A DNA stretch of 64,000 bases from the IMG/VR virus record IMGVR_UViG_3300046820_000903, positions 1 to 64,000 of that record. One strand, given 5' to 3'. The notes under the pieces were generated by a model. The model was not told the origin of the DNA. It saw only the letters and a program-made list of their open reading frames with translations, and ran no database searches. The first letter of the stretch is position 1; each line of letters begins with the position of its first letter. The position numbers were made by a program, and so were the translations under genes. Below, piece by piece: positions 29,275 through 37,883 of this stretch. The DNA comes from a virus.

Positions 29275-30020
29275 GGACGGATTGCGTACTCTGGATACTT
29301 TGCTATGCTACGATCAAGTAGTTCTTCTAGTCGATTTACATCAATCCAGCCTTTGATAACTACAAGAATTTTTCTATACTTTGGATTAAAGTCTGCGCCG
29401 TGTAAGTAGTCTTCGTTGTTCCATGAAAACGTATTTGAGTCCTCGGGCAAGCTTATATAATAACGGCCCGACTTAGGCACACGTTTTTTTGAATTGGGCT
29501 TATACTTTTCACTTGAGCATAACCAAAAAGTTTCTTTGGGATTTTGGTCAGCTAACTTAATACGTATCTCAGTTGGAAAACGCATAATACCATCAAGCGC
29601 TGGAGGCATATTACCATCGTAATGTGCAATAATAGTTTTATGTGCGCTCCATAATCTAATTGAGCGAATTCTTACATAAGGCAGTTCTTCAAATATACGT
29701 TTAAGGTATCTGGGTTGCGAGTAAGCAAGGTTGGTTGAAACTTTTGTTTTCCATGCGGCATCTTTAAGAAGCTTTGCATCTTCGTACAATGCAAGACCGT
29801 CCCATTGAGTATGTTCAAGTGAAGGGTTGTTAGTTCCAACAGCACCACGGTCAATTATTTGTCTAGCAACGTTTTCTTTTTCTTCATGCCATATACGCCA
29901 AAACTCTTCTGGATTGTCTAGTTCAAATTTTGGTACGTCAAGTGGCAAATAAGCAATGCCCTTGTACTTTTCTATAAGTCTTGGACATTGTGAAAGATTG
30001 ATTAGAGATTCTAGACCCAT
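29271..30020 (-). CDS. Putative 2OG-Fe(II) oxygenase-like protein
   Basis: IAHYDG...NTFSWNNEDYLHGAD (HxD...H). Confidence 0.5.
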   Translation of the reverse strand: MGLESLINLSQCPRLIEKYKGIAYLPLDVPKFELDNPEEFWRIWHEEKENVARQIIDRGAVGTNNPSLEHTQWDGLALYEDAKLLKDAAWKTKVSTNLAYSQPRYLKRIFEELPYVRIRSIRLWSAHKTIIAHYDGNMPPALDGIMRFPTEIRIKLADQNPKETFWLCSSEKYKPNSKKRVPKSGRYYISLPEDSNTFSWNNEDYLHGADFNPKYRKILVVIKGWIDVNRLEELLDRSIAKYPEYAIRP

Positions 30021-30344
30021 TTACTTTTCCAACAAATGCGTTTTTTCTTTAACGTCTTTGAATTCATCAGCAGTTTCGAGCTGGGGCTTCTTCTTTAGGA
30101 TGGTTGGCCAAATCATACTAAGCTCTGCGTTTAATGCAATATATGGATGTTGACTTGCATCAACATCAGTATCTGCAAAAATTGCATCTACTGGGCACTC
30201 TGGCACACATACTCCACAGTCAATGCATTCATCTGGATCAATAACAATAAAGTTAGGCCCTTCTTTAAAACAGTCAACTGGGCATACGTCTACACAATCA
30301 GTGTACTTGCACTTGACACAACTTTCAGTAACTACATAAGTCAT
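30021..30344 (-). CDS. fdxA: 7Fe ferredoxin (FdxA family)
   Basis: [18 protein letters not shown]...[21 protein letters not shown]. Confidence 0.95.
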   Translation of the reverse strand: MTYVVTESCVKCKYTDCVDVCPVDCFKEGPNFIVIDPDECIDCGVCVPECPVDAIFADTDVDASQHPYIALNAELSMIWPTILKKKPQLETADEFKDVKEKTHLLEK

Positions 30345-30758
30345 TTATATTTTCCAATTAGATTCAATGTATTCTTTATTATCAGGCTTATTGCCTGTAA
30401 GCCCTAGCATACTTCTGTATGCCTGCCATGCTTCTTGTACCATTGGATCTGTATGTCCACCAGTAGGTAAAAGATCTGCCCATACAGCATCTTCTTGCAT
30501 CATACTTCTATATATACCAAAGTTGCGAGGCTGGTGTATTTTGCCCTCACGAAATAGAACACTGGCTACACCTTGACAGTCAGACTCGTCTAATCCATCC
30601 AAGTATCCAGGCCTATACATATATTCTTGAATGATTGGAACCAGTTGTTCCTGTGTTTCAAACCGTGTACCAGCTACAATAACAACAACATCGTTGATAT
30701 CAACTACATCCATAACAATGTCACGAATACAACGACCTAGGCTAAAACCAACTTTCAT
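30345..30758 (-). CDS. Hypothetical protein
   Basis: Likely start MKVGFSLGRCIRDIV with an AGGAG RBS; GKIHQPR motif. Confidence 0.75.
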   Translation of the reverse strand: MKVGFSLGRCIRDIVMDVVDINDVVVIVAGTRFETQEQLVPIIQEYMYRPGYLDGLDESDCQGVASVLFREGKIHQPRNFGIYRSMMQEDAVWADLLPTGGHTDPMVQEAWQAYRSMLGLTGNKPDNKEYIESNWKI

Positions 30759-31261
30759 AATGTACTCCTGTTCCACCAAGATTCCCAAGGAAAATCGATC
30801 CAAATATCGTTTTCCGCTTTGTTAACGCTCATACCACAGTAGTCAGTATACTGGTTGCTGGCCTCATTGTCAACCAAAGCGGCAAACCGTATTGCACTAT
30901 GCCAATACTTTTCAATAAAATCTGGCTCAATACCAGCTACACTAGACGCCCAATCTTCCATGAGCCACTGTTGTGTTGCCCCTGAATCATTGATGTCATC
31001 AACTAACAAGATTTTCTTCCCGGCTATAACATCTTCTGGAGCCCACAGTAAAGATTCTGTTTGCGGGTTATCTCGCAATGATATCTTGACAGCTTCATGC
31101 GGCACTCCCAGGTAATGACTCATCATTATGCTTATAGGTAGACCACCACGATCGACACCTATTACAACATCCGGACGCCAGTCCTGCTTTTGCATTTGTC
31201 GAAGTATTTCCTGTACAGTATTCTGTACATCTTGCCAGCCTAGTGTTAGTTTATTACTCAT
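30755..31261 (-). CDS. Purine (xanthine/hypoxanthine-guanine) phosphoribosyltransferase
   Basis: GVDRGGL, PRPP-binding LLVDDINDSGAT, WIDFPWE. Confidence 0.88.
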   Translation of the reverse strand: MSNKLTLGWQDVQNTVQEILRQMQKQDWRPDVVIGVDRGGLPISIMMSHYLGVPHEAVKISLRDNPQTESLLWAPEDVIAGKKILLVDDINDSGATQQWLMEDWASSVAGIEPDFIEKYWHSAIRFAALVDNEASNQYTDYCGMSVNKAENDIWIDFPWESWWNRSTL

Positions 31262-31763
31262 TGGAATCTGGTCCGCTTAAAAGTTTTTCTATTGCCTTAT
31301 ACTCATCATACATTTCTTTTAGCATGGGATACTTTTCATGCATTTCAAAATTTGGTGCAATTATTAGTAAACGCCTCTTTAGTGTTTCCATCATGTCTGC
31401 CAGTTCGTCGATATCAATTTTACTCTTTCCAGTTTTAATATAACTTTTGTTATCTTCATTGGCAATTGATATATTAGGTTGACTTGATCCTATAGTATAT
31501 GTAGACTGTCCAATTCCATTGCTACTAAGGTATGCACCGCTAGTTCCAGATAGACCTGTTATTGTTATGTTTCCCAAGTCAATAGGGTTAAGTGGACCCA
31601 AGCTAATAGTATCATATGTGCCATTTAAATCTATAGAGGCAGTTTCAATTTCTTCTGCTATAAAACCAGTTTGAGTAGACATATTTGTCTCATCCCATTT
31701 AAACTCAACAGGATCTATAGTGGACAGTACATCCTTCAATTTGTTTTTAGTATCATCATTCAT
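31254..31763 (-). CDS. Hypothetical protein with N-terminal fragment resembling the intramolecular chaperone (peptidase S74) motif
   Basis: LSTIDPVEFKWD...TGFIAEEIE. Confidence 0.55.
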   Translation of the reverse strand: MNDDTKNKLKDVLSTIDPVEFKWDETNMSTQTGFIAEEIETASIDLNGTYDTISLGPLNPIDLGNITITGLSGTSGAYLSSNGIGQSTYTIGSSQPNISIANEDNKSYIKTGKSKIDIDELADMMETLKRRLLIIAPNFEMHEKYPMLKEMYDEYKAIEKLLSGPDSNE

Positions 31764-31766
31764 ACT

Positions 31767-32510
31767 TTACCGTGGGGCAAATTCTTGTTGCATTTTAATA
31801 TTGTCAAAGAACTCTTTCTTTGTACTTTGATCATCCTTAAAGGCACCTTTAAGTACTGTGGTCTGTGTCAAACTAGAGTGTGCCATAATGCCGCGATTCT
31901 CACAGCATCCGTGCGTGGCTTGAATGTATACTGCTACGTTTTCAGAGTCAGTAGCTTTGCTAATCTCGCGGGCGATGTCGTTACAAAGTTCCTCCTGGAG
32001 AGTACCTCGTCTGGCGCACCACTGGGCAATTCTTGTGTACTTCGATAAGCCAATAAGTTTATTAGCGGCAATAATACCAATATAGGCAACACCACTAACA
32101 GGCTGATGATGATGACTGCACATACTGCGAAGCTCGCTACGTACAACAAGCATACCTTCATAACGGTCCGCTGAGTCATTTGGAAATGCTGTTGCATCTG
32201 GTGGTGTTTCATATCTACCTGCCATTATTTCATTGAAGTACATTTTAGCAAGTCGTCTTGCAGTACCTTTTGAGTTTGGATCGTCTTCACGATCGATAAG
32301 CAACCTATCAAGCACTAGTTCAAATGCTTCTGCGGCTTCGTTAATTAACACTTCTTTTTCAGATTCGTTAATGTATTCGCTGATGTTGTCGCCAGCCCAA
32401 AAGCGTTTACCTTCACGCCTCATTCTAGAACGAATGTAGCCACCTAAGTAGCCTTCTGAATACCCACCATCGCCTGCCATTGCGTCCAGGCCTGTTTCTT
32501 TATTTGTCAA
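31767..32510 (-). CDS. folE: GTP cyclohydrolase I
   Basis: SMCSHHHQP, IGLSKYTRIA, LQEELC, HGCCENRG. Confidence 0.95.
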   Translation of the reverse strand: MTNKETGLDAMAGDGGYSEGYLGGYIRSRMRREGKRFWAGDNISEYINESEKEVLINEAAEAFELVLDRLLIDREDDPNSKGTARRLAKMYFNEIMAGRYETPPDATAFPNDSADRYEGMLVVRSELRSMCSHHHQPVSGVAYIGIIAANKLIGLSKYTRIAQWCARRGTLQEELCNDIAREISKATDSENVAVYIQATHGCCENRGIMAHSSLTQTTVLKGAFKDDQSTKKEFFDNIKMQQEFAPR

Positions 32511-32551
32511 TTTTGTTTCTCCGAGTTAATGACGTGGATGTCATATTGTTT

Positions 32552-32580
32552 ATTGTAACATCTATTTAGGAATTTAGCAA
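32552..32580 (-). promoter_or_regulatory. Sigma70-like promoter upstream of folE
   Basis: TTGCTA-N17-TACAAT with extended -10 TG. Confidence 0.55.
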
Positions 32581-32853
32581 GACTTCACTTGGCCAACTTA
32601 GCATGTATAACATTAAATCTTCTGCCTTTTTAAAGTGTATCAGTATGGTAATGTTAAAGTCTGGTGCTAACATTATATCCTTATCTGCATTCATCTTACC
32701 AAGTTTACGCCAATTAAAGTCGTTTCCTTTGTAATCAGTTGCGGTCCATCTATTCTTGCAATTATCAATCAACCACCGCCTAATGTCTTTGAGTATAAAC
32801 AATGAAGCGGCGGTCTTGGCCGAATATACTTTATCCTTGGTTTGCGTTAGCAT
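32566..32853 (-). CDS. Small protein of the 'F...ED..xFxLxW' paralog family
   Basis: IRRWLIDNC...HFKKAEDLMLYMLSWP. Confidence 0.65.
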   Translation of the reverse strand: MLTQTKDKVYSAKTAASLFILKDIRRWLIDNCKNRWTATDYKGNDFNWRKLGKMNADKDIMLAPDFNITILIHFKKAEDLMLYMLSWPSEVLLNS

Positions 32854-33076
32854 AGAACTCACTTTTACGCAAGTCATCCCAACCACCTACTAACTTACCA
32901 TCAATTACAATTTGTGGAACAGCACGGGCTGATGGAACGGCTTCTAATAAGTTCTCACGAGTAAAACCATTAGTACCAATTTTATGTTCGGTGAAAGCAA
33001 TGTTCTTGCTCTTCATCCAGTTTTTTGCCATATCGCAAAACTGGCATTGTTCTTTACTATATATAACGACTTGCAT
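32831..33076 (-). CDS. Glutaredoxin
   Basis: CQFC active site, AVPQIVIDGKLVGGWDDL. Confidence 0.92.
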   Translation of the reverse strand: MQVVIYSKEQCQFCDMAKNWMKSKNIAFTEHKIGTNGFTRENLLEAVPSARAVPQIVIDGKLVGGWDDLRKSEFYANANQG

Positions 33077-33511
33077 TTATTTTTCCTGTGATGTATCGTA
33101 TGTTTGTGCAAAGATGTCTTTCTTGACTGCACCAAAATCGCCCGGCCCGTGTCTAACAATGTAGTCGTTGCCCTTTGTGTATGCCAAGTCTCCCCACGAT
33201 GTATGTAGTGTACCATCGTGGTTGGCTAGTTTGGCATGTTTGTTAATTTTCTTAGGTGTAGCTGTACCATTGCCATTGTCATCATAAAGTGTTTTAAACT
33301 TCTCTGGAGTAATAGGATAATTTTCTCCTTTTGGTCCAGTCATAATGTAGTGACCTACTTCGTAGTTAACCGGACCTTCTAATGTTTTTACAGTACCTGG
33401 CTCTTTGGCAACTTCATACTTGACAGGTGCGGCCTTTTTAAATGTAGTAAAGGCACCGTCAGTGAACCAATCGTCATTGACTACTGATTCCTTTAAGTCT
33501 TTGATTTTCAT
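33077..33511 (-). CDS. PGDYG-like repeat protein with MKIKDLKE N-terminus (possible head-packaged protein)
   Basis: Two internal repeats: TLEGPVNYEVGHYIMTGPKGENYPI / TSWGDLAYTKGNDYIVRHGPGDFGAV. Confidence 0.6.
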   Translation of the reverse strand: MKIKDLKESVVNDDWFTDGAFTTFKKAAPVKYEVAKEPGTVKTLEGPVNYEVGHYIMTGPKGENYPITPEKFKTLYDDNGNGTATPKKINKHAKLANHDGTLHTSWGDLAYTKGNDYIVRHGPGDFGAVKKDIFAQTYDTSQEK

Positions 33512-33675
33512 ACATTATCTCCTTTAGTGTCTTCTTGATTTGTTAGATATTTTTCTAAGGCATCTTTAAATGCTTCTTCGGTTAGACCATGCCAACCAAT
33601 ACATTTTCCAGTCGGACTACGACCACACCCACAGCTACCAAACTCTTTGGGGTTTTCTTTAACTCTGATTTGCAT
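33508..33675 (-). CDS. CDGSH-type iron-sulfur small protein
   Basis: CGCGRSPTGKCIGWH; likely start MQIRVKE. Confidence 0.7.
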   Translation of the reverse strand: MQIRVKENPKEFGSCGCGRSPTGKCIGWHGLTEEAFKDALEKYLTNQEDTKGDNV

Positions 33676-34093
33676 TTTTTTCTTTTTCTGCTTCGTACAC
33701 TCTTTTACGTAAGCTACTAGATGAAAAACTATGGTCACGCCCGTTAAAGTATAGGTCAATGTTTCGTTTGTGGCAAAGTTCCCTGCCAGTGAACTCTTTA
33801 CCTTCGTATTCTACACCTAAGATGCGAACATCAAGTGGTAATATTAACAGCAAATCTTCTAAGTCTTTTTCAGTATTGTAGACCCAAATTTCATCTACAT
33901 ACTTATTTCCTCGTAGTTGCATTTGGCGTTCAATGATACTTTGTATAGGCTTATTTTTTGTAGCCCTATCTAATGTAGGATCGTTTTGTAAGCCTACAAT
34001 TAGATAATCACATTGTGTCTTTGCTTCTTGCAACATAGAAACATGACCAGCATGTAACAAATCAAATGTTGAACAAGTAAATCCTACTTTCAA
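33659..34093 (-). CDS. Cytidylyltransferase (TagD/glycerol-3-phosphate CT-like)
   Basis: TFDLLHAGH (HxGH), LIVGL, SSSSLR; TTG start at 34093. Confidence 0.88.
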   Translation of the reverse strand: MKVGFTCSTFDLLHAGHVSMLQEAKTQCDYLIVGLQNDPTLDRATKNKPIQSIIERQMQLRGNKYVDEIWVYNTEKDLEDLLLILPLDVRILGVEYEGKEFTGRELCHKRNIDLYFNGRDHSFSSSSLRKRVYEAEKEKNANQS

Positions 34094-35085
34094 GCTCTGC
34101 TCCTGTATTCTACAGAGTTGTACCATGCCCATGCAGTTTTAACAATGTTGTCAATACTACTAGAATCAGTCTTCCAACCTGTTTCTTTCTTAAATTTATA
34201 TGCACTGGCAACTAGCGTAGCAGGGTCGCCTTCTCGTCTTGGTCCAGTATGTGTTAATACCATTCTTCCCGTGATACGTTCAACGCTGGCAATGATTTCT
34301 TTAATGCTTACACCTTGGCCAGATCCTAGGTTGTATTCTACTGAGGATCCTGGTGACATGCCTTCGGAATACAATGTTGATAGGTAATGTGCATTAGCAA
34401 TGTCTTCTACATGTAGATAGTCACGTACACAGGTACCATCGGTAGTAGGGTAATCTGTGCCGTTAAGAGTAAACACACCCTTGTCAACAATTGTTTCCAT
34501 GATGCGAGCAATTAAATGAGTTGCTTGTTTCAATTGGCCATGTCTTACTTTTGAATCAGCACCACAGGCATTGAAGTAACGCAATGCTACAGTTTTAAAT
34601 CCATAGCCTTTAGCACAGTCCCGTAATACTTGCTCTGCCATTAACTTGCTTTGACCATATGGACTAATTGGAGACTTATCGCTTTGCTCTGTTAATGATG
34701 TACTATTGCCAGGGTCTCCATAAACTGCGGCACTGGAAGAAAACACTACAGTTTTTTTCCAACCTCTACTGGCAAGTGTGCTTAATAGACGAGCAGTATT
34801 ACCTACATTGTTTAGATAGTAAGGACCTGGATCGGTCATACTAGGCCCAACTAAACTTGTGCCAGCAATGTGAATAAGTGCTGATGGATTCTTATCAATC
34901 ATTAAATTGATAAACATAGGATTGGTAAAGTCGCCTGTGACAAAGGAATCTACAACACCACGTATCCATGGAGCAGTAGTATTTCTATCTACTCCAATAA
35001 CGTGATATCCTAGATCCTTAAATCTTAGAACAGTTTGTCCGCCAATATAACCATTGCAACCAGTTATAGCTACGCACTTATCCAT
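34090..35085 (-). CDS. galE: UDP-glucose 4-epimerase
   Basis: TGCNGYIG, FSSSAAVYG, YGQSK, LRYFNACGA, DGTCVRDYLHV, RREGDP. Confidence 0.93.
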   Translation of the reverse strand: MDKCVAITGCNGYIGGQTVLRFKDLGYHVIGVDRNTTAPWIRGVVDSFVTGDFTNPMFINLMIDKNPSALIHIAGTSLVGPSMTDPGPYYLNNVGNTARLLSTLASRGWKKTVVFSSSAAVYGDPGNSTSLTEQSDKSPISPYGQSKLMAEQVLRDCAKGYGFKTVALRYFNACGADSKVRHGQLKQATHLIARIMETIVDKGVFTLNGTDYPTTDGTCVRDYLHVEDIANAHYLSTLYSEGMSPGSSVEYNLGSGQGVSIKEIIASVERITGRMVLTHTGPRREGDPATLVASAYKFKKETGWKTDSSSIDNIVKTAWAWYNSVEYRSRA

Positions 35086-36296
35086 TAGTACTTTGCTCCT
35101 GATACATGATCACGATAGCGATTGCCTGAGCGATTCCATGGTGTAGCTTTACATTCCATACCACCTTCGGCAACAGTCCCAGCAGTTTCCATAATGTCAA
35201 TGATGCGATCAACAGTACCATTGTTCCAATCGCTAATCTTACCTTGACGAACATGAACACCAGCTAGTTGAATACGAAGCTTGTTTATAGCGTCATCTAA
35301 ACTCCATGGAACATATAACCTGGTATGGTCATTGGCAAATGTCTCAGGAAAGCTACGATAGGCAGGATACAAAACATTACAACCAAGAGCATCGGCCTCG
35401 CTAACGGTGTTTGAAACCCAGTCTTGTAAAGCACAGTTGAACAGAACACGGCTATCATTGACAATACTATAATACTCATTTTTACTTAGGTCCTCGTAGA
35501 TTTTGAGTTTGTTTTGTTCTGCCATCTTGTAAGCACGTTCCAAATACTTTGGATTGTTACTGCGTAACGGACCGCCACTTAGTACTGCGAACTCAACTGG
35601 ATAGCCTGGCCATTGACGATGCCATTCTTCAATAAGATCCATAAAGAAGTCGGGTTGCTTCTCTTGGTCAAACCTTGCCGCAAAAATTACACGGTGTGCT
35701 CTTTCTGGGAAAGATTTAATTTTATTATTAACACGACCTTGTACTTCTTCCTTACCAAATGCCAGTCCGCTAATGTTATAGATAGGAGCAGTCCAGTTTG
35801 CAATACGCATATGAGCTACCATCTCTTCGTTTGTTGCAAGCACTCCTGTAACAAAACAATTTACCATTTGCTCATATGTGCTCATCCACTTGCTCATTCC
35901 CCATACGTGAACAAAGTCATCTGGGTCAATTGCTTGTGCTAAACAACGCACAAAGATACGTGGACGCAAGTTAGCAGGCACTTGATCAAGGATGTAAGGT
36001 AAGCTTTCGATACCTGGCTGGAACATGTCTTCAAAATAAATGACATCTTCATTTGTGACATCACCTCGTCGCATCATTTGAACAAGGTTCATCATTTGAC
36101 TCATACCAAAGTAACTACGGCCATGTGCGTCTAACACTTGTCCTACACTAATTGCTTTAGTATTGTCAATAGTACTTCCAGGCACTATCACATAGTTGAT
36201 GCCTCGGCGTTTAAATACAGCTTCATTCCATTGCTGGAGTTGAAGCGTGTAACGCCCTTCATAGGGCTCGAGGCCCATATAAAAGAGCTTACGCAT
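35085..36296 (-). CDS. GT-B fold glycosyltransferase
   Basis: VIFAARFDQEKQP, SNTVSEADALGC...SFPE, typical of the GT4-like C-terminal domain. Confidence 0.75.
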   Translation of the reverse strand: MRKLFYMGLEPYEGRYTLQLQQWNEAVFKRRGINYVIVPGSTIDNTKAISVGQVLDAHGRSYFGMSQMMNLVQMMRRGDVTNEDVIYFEDMFQPGIESLPYILDQVPANLRPRIFVRCLAQAIDPDDFVHVWGMSKWMSTYEQMVNCFVTGVLATNEEMVAHMRIANWTAPIYNISGLAFGKEEVQGRVNNKIKSFPERAHRVIFAARFDQEKQPDFFMDLIEEWHRQWPGYPVEFAVLSGGPLRSNNPKYLERAYKMAEQNKLKIYEDLSKNEYYSIVNDSRVLFNCALQDWVSNTVSEADALGCNVLYPAYRSFPETFANDHTRLYVPWSLDDAINKLRIQLAGVHVRQGKISDWNNGTVDRIIDIMETAGTVAEGGMECKATPWNRSGNRYRDHVSGAKY

Positions 36297-36740
36297 TACA
36301 GCACCAATCGATTTGGGTTACAGCACAGCCCATCAACTGTGTGTGCTTTACCTTCTGGAGTCCATGGGCTTTTATAAAAGCCTACATGAATCTTAAGTGC
36401 TTTGTTAGCACGGTCTTGTGCGCTTTGCACATTAACTGTATAAGTGAAGCTACGATCTCCACTTGCCTCATGAGTACGCAACTCTGGCGTATCAATAGCA
36501 TAACTGTAAATCATGCCATCCTTACACAAGTCTGTAAGGTATTGGTTATAGAACTCCAAAGGCAAGTGCCCAAGGTCTTCAGTTAATACACCATCGTATA
36601 ACTCGCTAATTTTTAGCAAGTCAAACTTGATGTGGTTGATGTTAAGACCAGCCCTGCGGGGTTGGTAGCCATTGTTGTAACCACGGTCACCACCGCGATT
36701 GAATTTTACGTGTTGTTTAATATTGCTTGAGGCATCCATT
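36296..36740 (-). CDS. Hypothetical protein
   Basis: ORF between the QueD-like gene and the glycosyltransferase; start uncertain. Confidence 0.65.
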
Positions 36741-37085
36741 TTCGCCATCCTCCGAAACTTCAATCCAAACTTTACGATCTGTGTACTTTGATGAGATCTG
36801 ACCATGTAGATCATCTGCCATCATTTCACAGGACTTGAAATCCAATGCCAGCGTTCCTTGCGAATATAAATTCTCTAACCAACGCTTGAACTGAATAAAC
36901 TCCACATCTCTATCATCATGAAAGACTTCGAGATACACTTTAAAGTGGAACATGTGTCGATGAGGATGTCCTAAAAAAGAAACATCATACTCGTCACCTG
37001 TTGCCAACTTAGGATCCGTAAGTGCCGCCGGATACCTATGAATACCTTCTTTGCGGAAGGTTACCCAAATCATGTCTGTTGACAT
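36717..37085 (-). CDS. dpdL: QueD/PTPS-like T-fold protein of DpdL type (putative CDG decarboxylase)
   Basis: FLGHPHRHMF fits LxxxHRHxF rather than the QueD CxxxHGH motif; SCE and EDGENG motifs. The DpdL signature is recalled from memory. Confidence 0.65.
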   Translation of the reverse strand: MSTDMIWVTFRKEGIHRYPAALTDPKLATGDEYDVSFLGHPHRHMFHFKVYLEVFHDDRDVEFIQFKRWLENLYSQGTLALDFKSCEMMADDLHGQISSKYTDRKVWIEVSEDGENGCLKQY

Positions 37086-37093
37086 GTTATTCC

Positions 37094-37303
37094 TTAATCA
37101 ATGTAGTTGTTAGCTTTTAAGTATACCCACATCTTCCAGTCAATTGCCTGAGCAAATTCTAGAAGCTTGTCCATTTTTTTGTTAAGTTCAGCGATACCAT
37201 CATCGCTACCGCTCTCTGCAACGGCTTCATCGGCACCAGCAGACTTTGGCAAAGGACGCTTAACCGCCTTGTTTAAATTGCCAACTTTAACATCATCGTT
37301 CAT
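37094..37303 (-). CDS. Hypothetical protein
   Basis: 69-aa ORF, AIDWKMW; AAGGA RBS. Confidence 0.7.
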   Translation of the reverse strand: MNDDVKVGNLNKAVKRPLPKSAGADEAVAESGSDDGIAELNKKMDKLLEFAQAIDWKMWVYLKANNYID

Positions 37304-37304
37304 T

Positions 37305-37883
37305 TTATATTTCCTTGTTTAGGTTTACAGGTGTATCGCCTTTATAGGCACTCCATGGCGTAAAGTACTTTCTTTTAGTGAGGTTCTCTAAAGGAACGCA
37401 CCATACACCAGGATTCGTAGCATCAAAGCTCTTGTCGTCGACTTTGATGGTTGTATTATAATTTAACAGTCTTAGGTAAGGAAGTTTTACCGAAACCATT
37501 GGAATAACACGATTGTTGTCACTGGCAGAGCTTTCTAGAAAGCCTTCAATTTGACTGGCAGTGATGTCTACTGTAATATAATCAATACTAGTGCCGTCAA
37601 GCAATTCATCAATCATGCCATCAATTTGGCGCCACGTATAATAATCATCATTTGCTACACTATGAAAGCTCATGTTAGCACCGAGATAAACGTGACGAAT
37701 GTACTTTGAATGATCGTGATAGCTAGACCTATCACCAATAATACGTTTAAGTGTATCCATGGGTTGGATACCAACAACAAACAATGTTAGCATATCCTTA
37801 GCAGGCGAACTTTCAACTTCAGTCCCAATAAAGTAGTTTACACTAGTTGTTGGGCCTGTACCATAATCACGTTCAATACTCAT
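37305..37883 (-). CDS. Hypothetical protein coupled to the TGT/DpdA gene
   Basis: YFIGTEVE...TLFVVG...HVYLGANMSF...KVDDKSFDATNPGVWC; ATGA overlap with the dpdA stop. Confidence 0.75.
   Translation of the reverse strand: MSIERDYGTGPTTSVNYFIGTEVESSPAKDMLTLFVVGIQPMDTLKRIIGDRSSYHDHSKYIRHVYLGANMSFHSVANDDYYTWRQIDGMIDELLDGTSIDYITVDITASQIEGFLESSASDNNRVIPMVSVKLPYLRLLNYNTTIKVDDKSFDATNPGVWCVPLENLTKRKYFTPWSAYKGDTPVNLNKEI

Noticed and set aside
35160-35180. Third copy of the GVAEG DNA repeat (TVAEGG in the glycosyltransferase)
   Set aside because: Different codons (GTT GCC GAA GGT) and an unrelated context; a chance peptide match.
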